A stretch of DNA of 64,000 nt from Escherichia phage B9-1. Location: sequence record OQ420740.1. One strand, 5' to 3'. Positions 45,657-54,481 of this stretch are shown here, in pieces (position 1 is the first letter of the stretch; each line of letters opens with the position of its first letter). A program made the translations under genes and the position numbers. Below the pieces are notes generated by a model. The model ran no database searches. It was given only the letters and a program-made list of their open reading frames with translations, and was not told the origin of the DNA.

Positions 45657-45791
45657 ATGAGAAAGATAATTATTACCATAGGGATCGTGGCGGCAATGTT
45701 GGCGATCTTTCCCCTTATGGTTAGGTATGTGCTGATCAGTGTTGTCCTGGTAGTCAGCGATCTAATGTTATATATTAACTCATTGTTTTAG
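45657..45791 (+). CDS. Small membrane peptide (44 aa)
   Basis: ORF MRKIIITIGIVAAMLAIFPLMVRYVLISVVLVVSDLMLYINSLF, directly after previous stop. Confidence 0.3.
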   Translation: MRKIIITIGIVAAMLAIFPLMVRYVLISVVLVVSDLMLYINSLF

Positions 45792-45799
45792 GTGGAATA

Positions 45800-45991
45800 A
45801 TGACAGCAGAAGAAGTTAAAAAAGTACTGGCAGTACTGCGCTACCATAATCACAGAAAGGTAATAGATGATCCTGATTATGTAGATTCAAGCCTAGAAGA
45901 GGATACACTACAAGCTATCAGCCATATGCAAGAATTGTTTAAGCGTATGACAGAGAAGAACAGATCCGACTACATAGGCGAAAAAATATAA
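45800..45991 (+). CDS. Hypothetical protein (63 aa)
   Basis: Track ORF; RBS AGGTGG. Confidence 0.5.
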   Translation: MTAEEVKKVLAVLRYHNHRKVIDDPDYVDSSLEEDTLQAISHMQELFKRMTEKNRSDYIGEKI

Positions 45992-46051
45992 TCCTTAAAT
46001 ACTATAAAGCAGGGCTTGCAACGGTCCTGTTTTTTGTTACACTTGTTTCAC

Positions 46052-46100
46052 GGGTGGCACCTGGCGACGGGGGGAGACAATCACCGGGCCTGCCTGTCAT
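46052..46100 (-). repeat. Inverted copy of the GC-rich element found at 37283-37490
   Basis: Reverse complement ATGACAGGCAGGCCCGGTGATTGTCTCCCCCCGTCGCCAGGTGCC aligns closely with 37436-37490. Confidence 0.6.
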
Positions 46101-46119
46101 ATAAAAACTATAAAAACCG

Positions 46120-46173
46120 TTGACACCTGCCAGGCGGTGGGGTAACATTTATCTTGAAGGGGCAAAAGTGCCC
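46120..46173 (+). promoter_or_regulatory. sigma70-type promoter plus leader hairpin
   Basis: -35 TTGACA 46120-46125, 17-bp spacer, -10 TAACAT 46143-46148; hairpin GGGGCAAAAGTGCCC 46159-46173 then ACACAACAACC. Confidence 0.5.
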
Positions 46174-46202
46174 ACACAACAACCAGAAGAGAGGAAAACG
46201 CC

Positions 46203-46475
46203 ATGTTAGGCTGGATTAACCAAGAAGTCGAATCACGTTTTAACGCTATTTGGGATCTCATCGAAAAAGAGGACGGAACATCAAGCCCTTATCTCAATAA
46301 TCTTGAATTCCATTTCGTGGAAGCGATGAACGCAGAACATGATCACGAAGGTGGTGCGGACGAGTTCGCTAAAGGGTATGGCTTCAACAATGCCAACGAA
46401 ATGATCGAGGCGGTTGTACTCCAGGCTGAGGAAGATTATCAATTAAAAACGCTTGAATTCTGCCGCCGTAAGTAA
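46203..46475 (+). CDS. Hypothetical protein (90 aa)
   Basis: Track ORF; RBS AGAGAGGA. Confidence 0.6.
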   Translation: MLGWINQEVESRFNAIWDLIEKEDGTSSPYLNNLEFHFVEAMNAEHDHEGGADEFAKGYGFNNANEMIEAVVLQAEEDYQLKTLEFCRRK

Positions 46476-46537
46476 TAAGATAATGACACGGGCCAAAAGG
46501 CCCACTAAACCAGGACCACATAAAGAGGAAAAACATC

Positions 46538-46801
46538 ATGAAACGTCTGGATCAGCTCAAACTAGTTCAGTACATGGCTTACAAAATTCTTGAAGTCCAA
46601 AAAGGTAGCAAAAAAGAAGTTTGCGAGAAAGCTTACAAGATCTTTACTCGCAAAAAAGACGATTGGATGTTACGCCAGACTAAAAAGGCTGATATCTTGG
46701 GGTGCCTGGAAGAAGAGATCCGGCTTGAAGAACAAGAAGAGATCCGCCGTAGTGAGGCAGATTATCAGGCAGCTTGGGAAAACTGGATGAGCAACAAATA
46801 A
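46538..46801 (+). CDS. Hypothetical basic protein (87 aa)
   Basis: Track ORF; RBS AAGAGGA; preceded by hairpin GGGCCAAAAGGCCC 46490-46503. Confidence 0.6.
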   Translation: MKRLDQLKLVQYMAYKILEVQKGSKKEVCEKAYKIFTRKKDDWMLRQTKKADILGCLEEEIRLEEQEEIRRSEADYQAAWENWMSNK

Positions 46802-46867
46802 TACAACAAGCTACATGGTCAGGGGCAATAAAGCCCCTTGATCACATAAAAATTATGCTATCCTTGG

Positions 46868-46896
46868 TTGACAGGGATCGGCAGTTTTGCTATATT
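46868..46896 (+). promoter_or_regulatory. sigma70-type promoter
   Basis: -35 TTGACA 46868-46873, 17-bp spacer, -10 TATATT 46891-46896. Confidence 0.6.
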
Positions 46897-46945
46897 CTTT
46901 TTTGAAGGGAAGTTGTAAGAAAATTAACTAAGAGGTAAAAACACC

Positions 46946-47365
46946 ATGAACATTAAATCTGATAATCCGGCATATAGCTTTGATAACGCTTTTTGTCACG
47001 GTCCGGCGGCGAAAGGATTCGAAATCGATGGTAAACTAGTTATTGTTAATGTTGACGGGGAAGAGGTTGCAGTATATCCGGTGGCAGACGTTAAAAGCCG
47101 TCTACAATGCCGCATGGATGTTACCGCCTACCAGCTTGATCCGGTCCGGGTAGTTGCCCTAGTCCTGGAAGAAGAAATTAAAGCAATGCACCACAGCAAC
47201 AAGTTTATTGGTGACGCTCAAGATAATATGCAGGTATGCCGCCATAAAGTTAATGAAGTACTTAAAGAGTACGGCTATAAGGATTTAATGATCAAGCGTG
47301 ATGAAAAATTCCGTTACCGTAACGACCTGGCAAATCGGATTTTTGAAATATACGAATCATTATAA
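46946..47365 (+). CDS. Hypothetical protein (139 aa)
   Basis: Track ORF; RBS AAGAGG; last gene of rightward island. Confidence 0.65.
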   Translation: MNIKSDNPAYSFDNAFCHGPAAKGFEIDGKLVIVNVDGEEVAVYPVADVKSRLQCRMDVTAYQLDPVRVVALVLEEEIKAMHHSNKFIGDAQDNMQVCRHKVNEVLKEYGYKDLMIKRDEKFRYRNDLANRIFEIYESL

Positions 47366-47384
47366 TTTCTTAACTGAATTATCA

Positions 47385-47410
47385 AGGGGCTTAAAGGCCC
47401 CTTTCTTTTT
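47385..47410 (+). terminator. Intrinsic terminator
   Basis: AGGGG-cttaaagg-CCCCT then TTCTTTTT. Confidence 0.7.
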
Positions 47411-47412
47411 GT

Positions 47413-49819
47413 CTGCTCTTCTCCTACCATAAACGGCCCTACCTGGCAAGTGGAATAATTGACTAGCCATCAATCCCACACACTGTACAAATATACATAT
47501 AAAATAACTATTGCATAATCTTTCACTGTGTGGTAGCAGGGCCATTTTTACCCGTTTTCTCTCCCAAAAGTGCACGTAATGCCGCTATTGCACAAATTTT
47601 AACCTGATGCACATCTCCAATATCTTGTCAACAACTAAAAATCTTTATAAGTCATACACTTACACAACATAGAAAGCGTGTCCTACGCGAAAAATCGAGT
47701 ATAACTATAGCCGCCAGATCTCAGAATTCACGTACGAACACCATTCTATAGTCTGCAAAGTATTTATTCCAACCACAGAATAACGGAATAGTCAATACCT
47801 GCATAAAATAATTATTCGTGTAAACTGCATAACATAAATCAGCTCAGGTGTCAACATTTTTCGTAAACAGTCCGAAATTATCACGATGAGTTATCATAAA
47901 CAGAGAAATCTTTAGTCGTCTAATGTTTACTGTACATTACTATACTGACTGGAATCATTAGATGACTAAGAGAAAGATAAGAAATAATTAATAATGTAAT
48001 TGTTTTACCTGTAACAATAAGGCAACTATGCAAACGAATGGCATGGCGCGACGGAGTCGCGACATAATATAAAAGCAGTAACAATCACCCCCGTGATAGT
48101 TTTTCTGCAATCTATTACTCAGATCATAGTTGCCTTGTATTTAGTTAATCATGACATAACAAGCAAGGCAACTATAGATCTTCTAATAGTTGCCCTGCTT
48201 TTATATTATGTCATAGATTGTTAGCTTGTTAATTGTTTTCATGCAAACGAATGGCATGGCTTATCATCTCTGTGTAAACTGTTCAGGCGTAAACAGTCTA
48301 TGCGTAAACAGTGAGATATGGAATAGTAACAGCCGTTATTGTGTCATATTGTGTGACATTGTGTCCGGTGTCTGGTGTCCAGTGTGTCAGACAAGTTTTT
48401 CTCCTCTTTGTCAAGTGCTGCATGAAAAATTTACAAACTGGTATGGTAGCATTTTTGCGGCCCTGTTTACATTCAGGAATGTATGTATAATCCTTGTTGT
48501 GTGGGCGTTTAGACGTCTGGACGGTCAGAAGTCTGCAGGTCAATATCTAATCTATTGGTTGCTAACTATATCCCACACAAATAGTAAGAAATATAATTGT
48601 TATATGCGTAAACAGTAACCCATGTTATCAATCCCTGCATGTATCGCCAGTGGTGCGCATAATGGGTATTATGTTAAATTGCCCGTAATGATAACCATTC
48701 TCACAATGATAGGTATTCTCATTCACTCCCACAAGATAGATTGCAAATGTTGTGCCACTGTGTGAACGGCCTGGCCTATTAATTTGCCTCACTGCCTCGA
48801 TATTTGAGAATTATTATAAAAATGAGAAGTATTCCCATTCCGTCCGCCTGGCAGCACTCCTGTAGGACAGGCACAAAATCGGGGTATAACTGGACCTGTT
48901 CAGATATTTCTGGCTGACTCTTCAGGCCTGTGTGGGAAAAGCCAACCTCTCCGGCGGCGGGGAGGGGTCAATTAAAAAATTTACGTGGTGTATGAAGCGC
49001 TCTTCAGGTAAGGCAGGTATTATGGGATGAAACCCTCTTCAGATGATGATATTTGTGGGTGTGATATTTGCTGGAAAGCCAGATATGACGGGACTCCCGG
49101 CAGGGGTGGGGTAGTACAGACAGGGAAAATGTGGGAATGTGATGGAGTAAATTGATCAGGTAGGTAGGATATGGAATATGTTACAAGTATGTTAAATATG
49201 GAGGTAGGATATTTGTAAGATTTGTGTGTAAAATCAAATACTTAAGTGGTGTTGTGGTATTTTCTATAAATAATTCAAGTTTAATAGGTGATATTTGTCT
49301 CCATCCACTTTGTGTGGTAAACAGATTCTAATTGAATTGGTTTACAAGTGTATATAAAGTATACAAATTAAAGATATAAGAAACCCCCCTCCCCCTTCGG
49401 CTACCATTCACCTTTTCCTCTGACTGGTACTTAAACACTTATTCAGACTCTTCAGGTTATCACCCATATACTATATGGCAGTGACTGGTGTCCTCCGGCC
49501 CCTCTTTCGTCACCCGTCCGCTTCGCCATGCTAATGCCATAGCCAAATGTTCGGTTGTTCACCCTGTTCACTCAGGTGTATCTCCATACCCCTTCAAACC
49601 GAAGAGAACAGAAAACCCGAATTACTCGGTAAAAGAAAAGAGAAGAACTTAATTTTATCAAGATAGGCAAGAATGTCAAGGGATGACTGCTCACTAAACA
49701 AGCAAACAGTCATGTGTGGTGGGTAAGTAACTGTGTTGGTAGGAAATTTAGTTGAAAGATGTTATAGGTGCCTCCAGAACCTTAGCTGGGCAGCTAAACC
49801 TGCAAAGCAGACTTGTGTG
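47413..49819. other. 2.4-kb non-coding, repeat-dense region between convergent gene blocks
   Basis: No convincing ORF; CGTAAACAGT x4, ATGCAAACGAATGGCATGGC x2, AAGGCAACTAT x4 in alternating orientation, palindrome GTCGCGAC, CTCTTCAGG x4. Confidence 0.7.
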
Positions 49820-50101
49820 TCAGTCCAAAGGTTCATCTACTACTTCACTGAAATCAATGGTCAGAGTCTCTTCCCAACCATCAATCTCAGCACCGGAGTA
49901 GAGATCTTTAGGGTCTACATCAAGGGCTTCCGCAACAGCATCTATATTTAACACCTCTGGCAGGTATGATTCATCAAATTCAAGGTAAATCAGGCCACGA
50001 GTGTTGTCAGCCCCACCAAATATTTCTATTTTCATGAAATCTCCTCTGGAAATGAGAGTGTGAACGGGGTTTATACGTTCCAATACGATGGAATTATGCA
50101 C
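49820..50101 (-). CDS. Hypothetical protein (93 aa)
   Basis: Track ORF; last gene of leftward block. Confidence 0.55.
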   Translation of the reverse strand: MHNSIVLERINPVHTLISRGDFMKIEIFGGADNTRGLIYLEFDESYLPEVLNIDAVAEALDVDPKDLYSGAEIDGWEETLTIDFSEVVDEPLD

Positions 50102-50155
50102 GTTTGCCTCTTCAGGCCATGCTTTAGCATGATAAACTTATGTGGGCTCGGTGCT

Positions 50156-50341
50156 TCATAGTCTCCCACCTCTGAACTCTTCGTGCTCAGGCATAATAGA
50201 GAACCAGATGGCTATGATATCTTCCCACGTTAGGTCATCAGCCTCAGGATCCACCTGGGACGGAGATAGAGAATCCTCAGAATTGAAGTTTTCCTCTGTC
50301 ACCCCTTCAGATGTCTCTTTAGATGCATGTGTGTTGGTCAT
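50156..50341 (-). CDS. Small acidic protein (61 aa)
   Basis: Track ORF; D/E-rich. Confidence 0.45.
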   Translation of the reverse strand: MTNTHASKETSEGVTEENFNSEDSLSPSQVDPEADDLTWEDIIAIWFSIMPEHEEFRGGRL

Positions 50342-50662
50342 GTTCCACCCGTGAGTATTCCGGCAACATGTTTAAAAATAAGACTTTATCGACATATGGC
50401 TGGAACGTGTCGATGCTATAAGCATATTTCAGGAGCGGTAATGTGTCAACAGAAGCGCCGCGAGGGTTTGGTTAAAATCCGAGCGTATGGTGATTTGGGT
50501 CAAAACGGACGTGCGTTCTCGCTACGCTCGAAATAGAGAGTTGCTTGTAAGCCGCCCTTAAACGCTCTGTAATGAGATTAACTGCTTAAGGTATGGAATC
50601 GTTCACCGGATAAAGAAAAGGACGCCACAGAGCGTCCTATGTGCCTTAAATTTGATACTTTG

Positions 50663-50974
50663 CTATACCCATGAAGGCTTGTCTAGGTTTGAGTAACTAA
50701 AAGGTGTCAAAAGGTGACTGTCAAAATCTTTCAAACTCTCCAGATCTTTTTCCTCGTCTTGACACCATCTGTGCCTACATTTATTGTTGTAGTGCATGGA
50801 GTGCATAGCGTTCTGCAACTTAACAGGTACAAGGGATTCAGGAGTAGATAGAATTGTTGGGTATGCCAGGACTATCTCAAACAATGGAAACACATCGAAA
50901 CTGAAGTCTATTTCTGCTGAGGTTGCTGGCATATAGGAGTATTTAGCTGTCGTTGTAGACATAATCCACCTCAC
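50663..50974 (-). CDS. Hypothetical protein (103 aa)
   Basis: Track ORF; overlaps upstream stop. Confidence 0.55.
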   Translation of the reverse strand: MRWIMSTTTAKYSYMPATSAEIDFSFDVFPLFEIVLAYPTILSTPESLVPVKLQNAMHSMHYNNKCRHRWCQDEEKDLESLKDFDSHLLTPFSYSNLDKPSWV

Positions 50975-51297
50975 ACAGGCTTGATAATACCTTCACCGAA
51001 TAACTCTTCATATTTAATCTTATCAGGATCCCACTCTTGGATAATTTCGAAGACAATGTCCAGCCCGGGGATAATCACTTCTCCAGTATCAAGTCTGGCA
51101 AGAACAAAACCGGAAGGTTGAATGGTTTCCCAGTTGCGACGATTAGAATAGAGAACTTCGAAAATATCACCAACCGCAATCTGCTGATCAAGGTGCTCAA
51201 GATTCTCTTTCATATAAACGCAGCGTATTTTCCGTGCAGGCCACAGGCCCCCTACATCACGTTCATTTAGCTCTTTTACAGTAATCGGCATTAGCAT
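50971..51297 (-). CDS. Hypothetical protein (108 aa)
   Basis: Track ORF. Confidence 0.55.
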   Translation of the reverse strand: MLMPITVKELNERDVGGLWPARKIRCVYMKENLEHLDQQIAVGDIFEVLYSNRRNWETIQPSGFVLARLDTGEVIIPGLDIVFEIIQEWDPDKIKYEELFGEGIIKPV

Positions 51298-51351
51298 CTC
51301 TGATCTCCTTCATAGATAGTAAAAAGAGGGGCTTTGAGCCCCTCTTTGTCA

Positions 51352-51657
51352 TTATTCTACAGAGCGTTTGAACAGAATGTCTGCTTCAGACATGTGCTCA
51401 ACCTCCTCTTCGATTTTAGCTCGACGTTTTTCAGCTTCGTAGCGGATATCGAACTCGGTAGCCACCAATGACTTGATAAACTTAGGAGAATACAAGTGAT
51501 CCTGTTTCTCGACAAGAATAATATCCTTGATAGCGTCTTTCAGATCTTTAATCTGAAGCTGAAGTTCCACCAGCTCTTCAATTGTTTTACGGAGGCGATC
51601 ACGCTCTGCAATGTCAGAAGGAAGAGAGGTGAACAGTTCAACTTTAGATTTAGCCAT
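51352..51657 (-). CDS. Hypothetical coiled-coil protein (101 aa)
   Basis: Track ORF; charged heptad-like sequence. Confidence 0.55.
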   Translation of the reverse strand: MAKSKVELFTSLPSDIAERDRLRKTIEELVELQLQIKDLKDAIKDIILVEKQDHLYSPKFIKSLVATEFDIRYEAEKRRAKIEEEVEHMSEADILFKRSVE

Positions 51658-51685
51658 AGTAAGAGTCTCCTTATATTGTTTTAAA

Positions 51686-52003
51686 TTAACGTTCTACAAA
51701 AATACCGTTCAGTTCGATAACCAGGAATTTCTGGTCTTCACTATCGTCACGTGCCAGCACCTCACAGACGTAGCGGTCATCTCCGTCATCATCACAGTCA
51801 AATACAAGGCTAAGGACTTTATCATGATAAACCTTCGCCACAACTGCCTCGTAAGTATTGCCGATTGTGAATCCAAGATAATCCCCGATGCATTTGACAA
51901 CAACATGGTCGCCAGCATTTAAGTCAATCTTCGTCATTACTGTGCTCCTTGGGTGAGAATATGGTATGTAAAACTTTAACCAGAGATGTGAATAACGCCC
52001 CAA
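51686..52003 (-). CDS. Hypothetical protein (105 aa)
   Basis: Track ORF. Confidence 0.55.
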   Translation of the reverse strand: MGRYSHLWLKFYIPYSHPRSTVMTKIDLNAGDHVVVKCIGDYLGFTIGNTYEAVVAKVYHDKVLSLVFDCDDDGDDRYVCEVLARDDSEDQKFLVIELNGIFVER

Positions 52004-52092
52004 AACACACCGATAGCGCTAAAACAGATAAGGCCATCATTAAAGCTTCAGTAAAATCAGTCATTCCTCACCTCTTGTTAGTCACTATACTA

Positions 52093-52407
52093 TCATTTGT
52101 CTTTGCCGTCAAGAACTTTTTTAAATCTCTCAGGAATATCTCCTGTTCTTAGATAGTTCATGACCTCACAAGGTTCCCACTTAAACTTCTTACACAGCAG
52201 GGCGGCTGAGATTGTCTCATTGCGAAAAGAAAGGATATTAATATCCCACTCTGAGAACCCTAATTTCCGAAGAGTGGCTATAGAAATCCTCACAGCAACC
52301 CAACAAGAGAGGCACGCAACAAACGCTACTGCTACAACCCACACCAAGATGTTCATACAGCCCCTTAATGAAATACAAGACATAGTGCCAAGGTCACTAT
52401 CCAGCAA
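52093..52407 (-). CDS. Putative membrane protein (104 aa)
   Basis: Track ORF; hydrophobic segment ILVWVVAVAFVACLSCWVAV. Confidence 0.5.
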   Translation of the reverse strand: MLDSDLGTMSCISLRGCMNILVWVVAVAFVACLSCWVAVRISIATLRKLGFSEWDINILSFRNETISAALLCKKFKWEPCEVMNYLRTGDIPERFKKVLDGKDK

Positions 52408-52444
52408 ATAATTAACAGTGCCGTTGCAACCTTGGCAAGATTTA

Positions 52445-52732
52445 TCATAGCGTCTCTAAAATTTCATACCCTTCGGGTCGGAAAACAAGCCACTCAGGTG
52501 CTCCATTTGGTCGATACGCTTTATACAGAACAACCTGATCTCGGCACATACACATTGCTACATAGTTTTCATCCACACCTGCAGCCTGCATTGCATCTTC
52601 TTCTCCGGCAACCGCTTTGCTTACAACTTCCTTGGTAGGCAGGTGGGCGATCAGTTCGTCACCATCGTTAATTCCAAAATGGCTGAGTTCTCCATTGGTG
52701 TCTTTAATCTTGATCTTAATCAAATCTTTCAT
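52445..52732 (-). CDS. Small protein, loosely related to MKVK family (95 aa)
   Basis: Track ORF; MQAAGVDE motif, C-terminal YEILETL. Confidence 0.55.
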   Translation of the reverse strand: MKDLIKIKIKDTNGELSHFGINDGDELIAHLPTKEVVSKAVAGEEDAMQAAGVDENYVAMCMCRDQVVLYKAYRPNGAPEWLVFRPEGYEILETL

Positions 52733-53061
52733 TAGTCTTCCCCCAAGTTCAAAGGCCCTAAGATCTCATATGCCAGATTAGAGGTTACCAGGGGATCTTC
52801 TGCATCTTTAGTATTATACCACCCGTGAATAACCAGAGTCCCACTTTGCTTCATGTCTAACTGGAACTGTTCTGCCGTTTCCTCATCCATCTCCAAGATC
52901 TCCATGAGGTATTTGATGTTAGGAAGGTGTGCAGCTGTTACAGTCCCCTCTACTAGGCCTTCAGGCCAACCTACATCCGGATGACAAGTAGGGACCAGAG
53001 AGGTCAGCTTGATAGTGTATGCTTTTTCTGCACGAGCCTTCAGTAACGGATCAATTTTCAT
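52732..53061 (-). CDS. Hypothetical protein (109 aa)
   Basis: Track ORF; overlapping start/stop. Confidence 0.55.
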   Translation of the reverse strand: MKIDPLLKARAEKAYTIKLTSLVPTCHPDVGWPEGLVEGTVTAAHLPNIKYLMEILEMDEETAEQFQLDMKQSGTLVIHGWYNTKDAEDPLVTSNLAYEILGPLNLGED

Positions 53062-53411
53062 TATTCTTCCTCCTCTTCGGTGCCTGCTTCCAGTAGTAAG
53101 TTAAGAACATCTTCAGCAGAAGGTTCGTAGAACTCTTGGCCTTCGTTGTCGATGATGCTATAGTCATCACCACGAATAATCAGAGGATCGTCATCAAAAC
53201 CTTCAAGACCTTTAACAACGACAACACGGTCGATTGCCATCATTGTAAGAACTTTATCGACATCTTCCTCTGCTACACCATACTGCAGCAGAATGTCTTT
53301 GGTAGGAGGAACAGCATCAACCACAACACCGTTACCAAAACCTTCCGGGAGTTTAGCTAAAATATCTTCCGGAACCGCATTCATATCAAAACCTGTGATC
53401 TCTACTTTCAT
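53061..53411 (-). CDS. Small acidic protein, paralogue of 53412..53672 (116 aa)
   Basis: Track ORF; VAEEDVDKVLTMMAIDRVVVVKGLEG; C-terminal EEEEE. Confidence 0.55.
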   Translation of the reverse strand: MKVEITGFDMNAVPEDILAKLPEGFGNGVVVDAVPPTKDILLQYGVAEEDVDKVLTMMAIDRVVVVKGLEGFDDDPLIIRGDDYSIIDNEGQEFYEPSAEDVLNLLLEAGTEEEEE

Positions 53412-53672
53412 TTACAGCACCTCTTCGTCAACTACTTCATAAAAATGGCTCGGGATTGCAATAGCGTTCTCACCTTCACCTACAAACACAGTCCCGTCAA
53501 GGATCAACATCATAAGAATGTCTGTAATATCCTCCTCCGGAACGTTGCCAAAACCTTTAATCAACTTATATGTCGGGACATTCGCCTCTAGGATGTCGCC
53601 ATCTTTAGAACGGAAATCAACACCTTCCTGAATCTCTGCCGTTTCAAGGTTTTTCAATTTAATCTTCATCAA
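53412..53672 (-). CDS. Small acidic protein, paralogue of 53061..53411 (86 aa)
   Basis: Track ORF; VPEEDITDILMMLILDGTVFVGEG; C-terminal YEVVDEEVL. Confidence 0.55.
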   Translation of the reverse strand: MMKIKLKNLETAEIQEGVDFRSKDGDILEANVPTYKLIKGFGNVPEEDITDILMMLILDGTVFVGEGENAIAIPSHFYEVVDEEVL

Positions 53673-53749
53673 TCAGTCTCCTAATCTTGTTAAGATGAAG
53701 GTATTATTGCACACAGGGTTGGTGTTGTCAACACCTGTGTGGCATAAAA

Positions 53750-54145
53750 TTACTGAAACAGTGCAGATAAATTACCTTCTGGTGGGAACTTATCTGCCAG
53801 GAATGGGGTTAGAACAGTGGCCTTCTGAATATCAGGAGTCCACTCATTGTTCAGAACATCCCAGTAGTACGCAATGTTACTGTGTGGGTGCCGCATTACG
53901 AACTTTTTCCCTTCGTAGTCAGTTGAAACCTCTACAGAAGAAATAACAACAGAATCTTCAAGGGTTTCTTCATAGAAAGATCCACCCTCAAATTTCCAAC
54001 GAGATGCAAGAGCTCCTGCCTTAAACGCTGCAGATAACGGATTGTCTGCAAGAACATACATTTCTTGCACTCTATCACTGCGATCTTTGCTTCTTACGTT
54101 GTATACAGTATCTGAGCTATACTCAACACGGTATAGACTTACCAT
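53750..54145 (-). CDS. Hypothetical protein, paralogue of 55952..56350 (131 aa)
   Basis: Track ORF; shared HP.S...YW.....WTP motif. Confidence 0.55.
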   Translation of the reverse strand: MVSLYRVEYSSDTVYNVRSKDRSDRVQEMYVLADNPLSAAFKAGALASRWKFEGGSFYEETLEDSVVISSVEVSTDYEGKKFVMRHPHSNIAYYWDVLNNEWTPDIQKATVLTPFLADKFPPEGNLSALFQ

Positions 54146-54477
54146 TACCGAACCTCCTCAATAACTTCCACATCTGAACCCACCACAAATGCAAAAGGAC
54201 AGGTTTCATGAAAGATATCCGGATCTCCACCGAGCTTGCTAACTATCTCTCCGCCACTAATAAACACAAGCTCACCAATATTCATCAGATTGCTAAAATA
54301 GTAGCCATAATGATTGAAGAATGCAGCTGGGTCAGGTAGACTGGTGGCCTCAAGCTCTACATTGCTTGAGATCACTTTCTTATCATACCCTCGCGCCTTT
54401 TGAGATGCAAGATCTGCAGAGTCTTCAGGAGACCGGAGATGCACAGGAATTGTTTCACCAATAAAGCGTACTTTCAT
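54145..54477 (-). CDS. Small protein, probable MKVK family member (110 aa)
   Basis: Track ORF; MKVRFIG start, C-terminal DVEVIEEVR. Confidence 0.55.
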   Translation of the reverse strand: MKVRFIGETIPVHLRSPEDSADLASQKARGYDKKVISSNVELEATSLPDPAAFFNHYGYYFSNLMNIGELVFISGGEIVSKLGGDPDIFHETCPFAFVVGSDVEVIEEVR

Positions 54478-54481
54478 ATTC

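Noticed and set aside
47360-48618. Track ORFs 47360..47575 (-), 48226..48618 (+) and 48298..48543 (-) in the large non-coding region
   Set aside because: They overlap each other and the terminator or repeats, have Cys/low-complexity composition and no RBS; more likely non-coding.
47413-49819. tRNA genes in the large non-coding region
   Set aside because: No T-loop GTTCGAATC-like motif or cloverleaf-compatible segment found by eye; a tRNA scan was not run, so this is not excluded.
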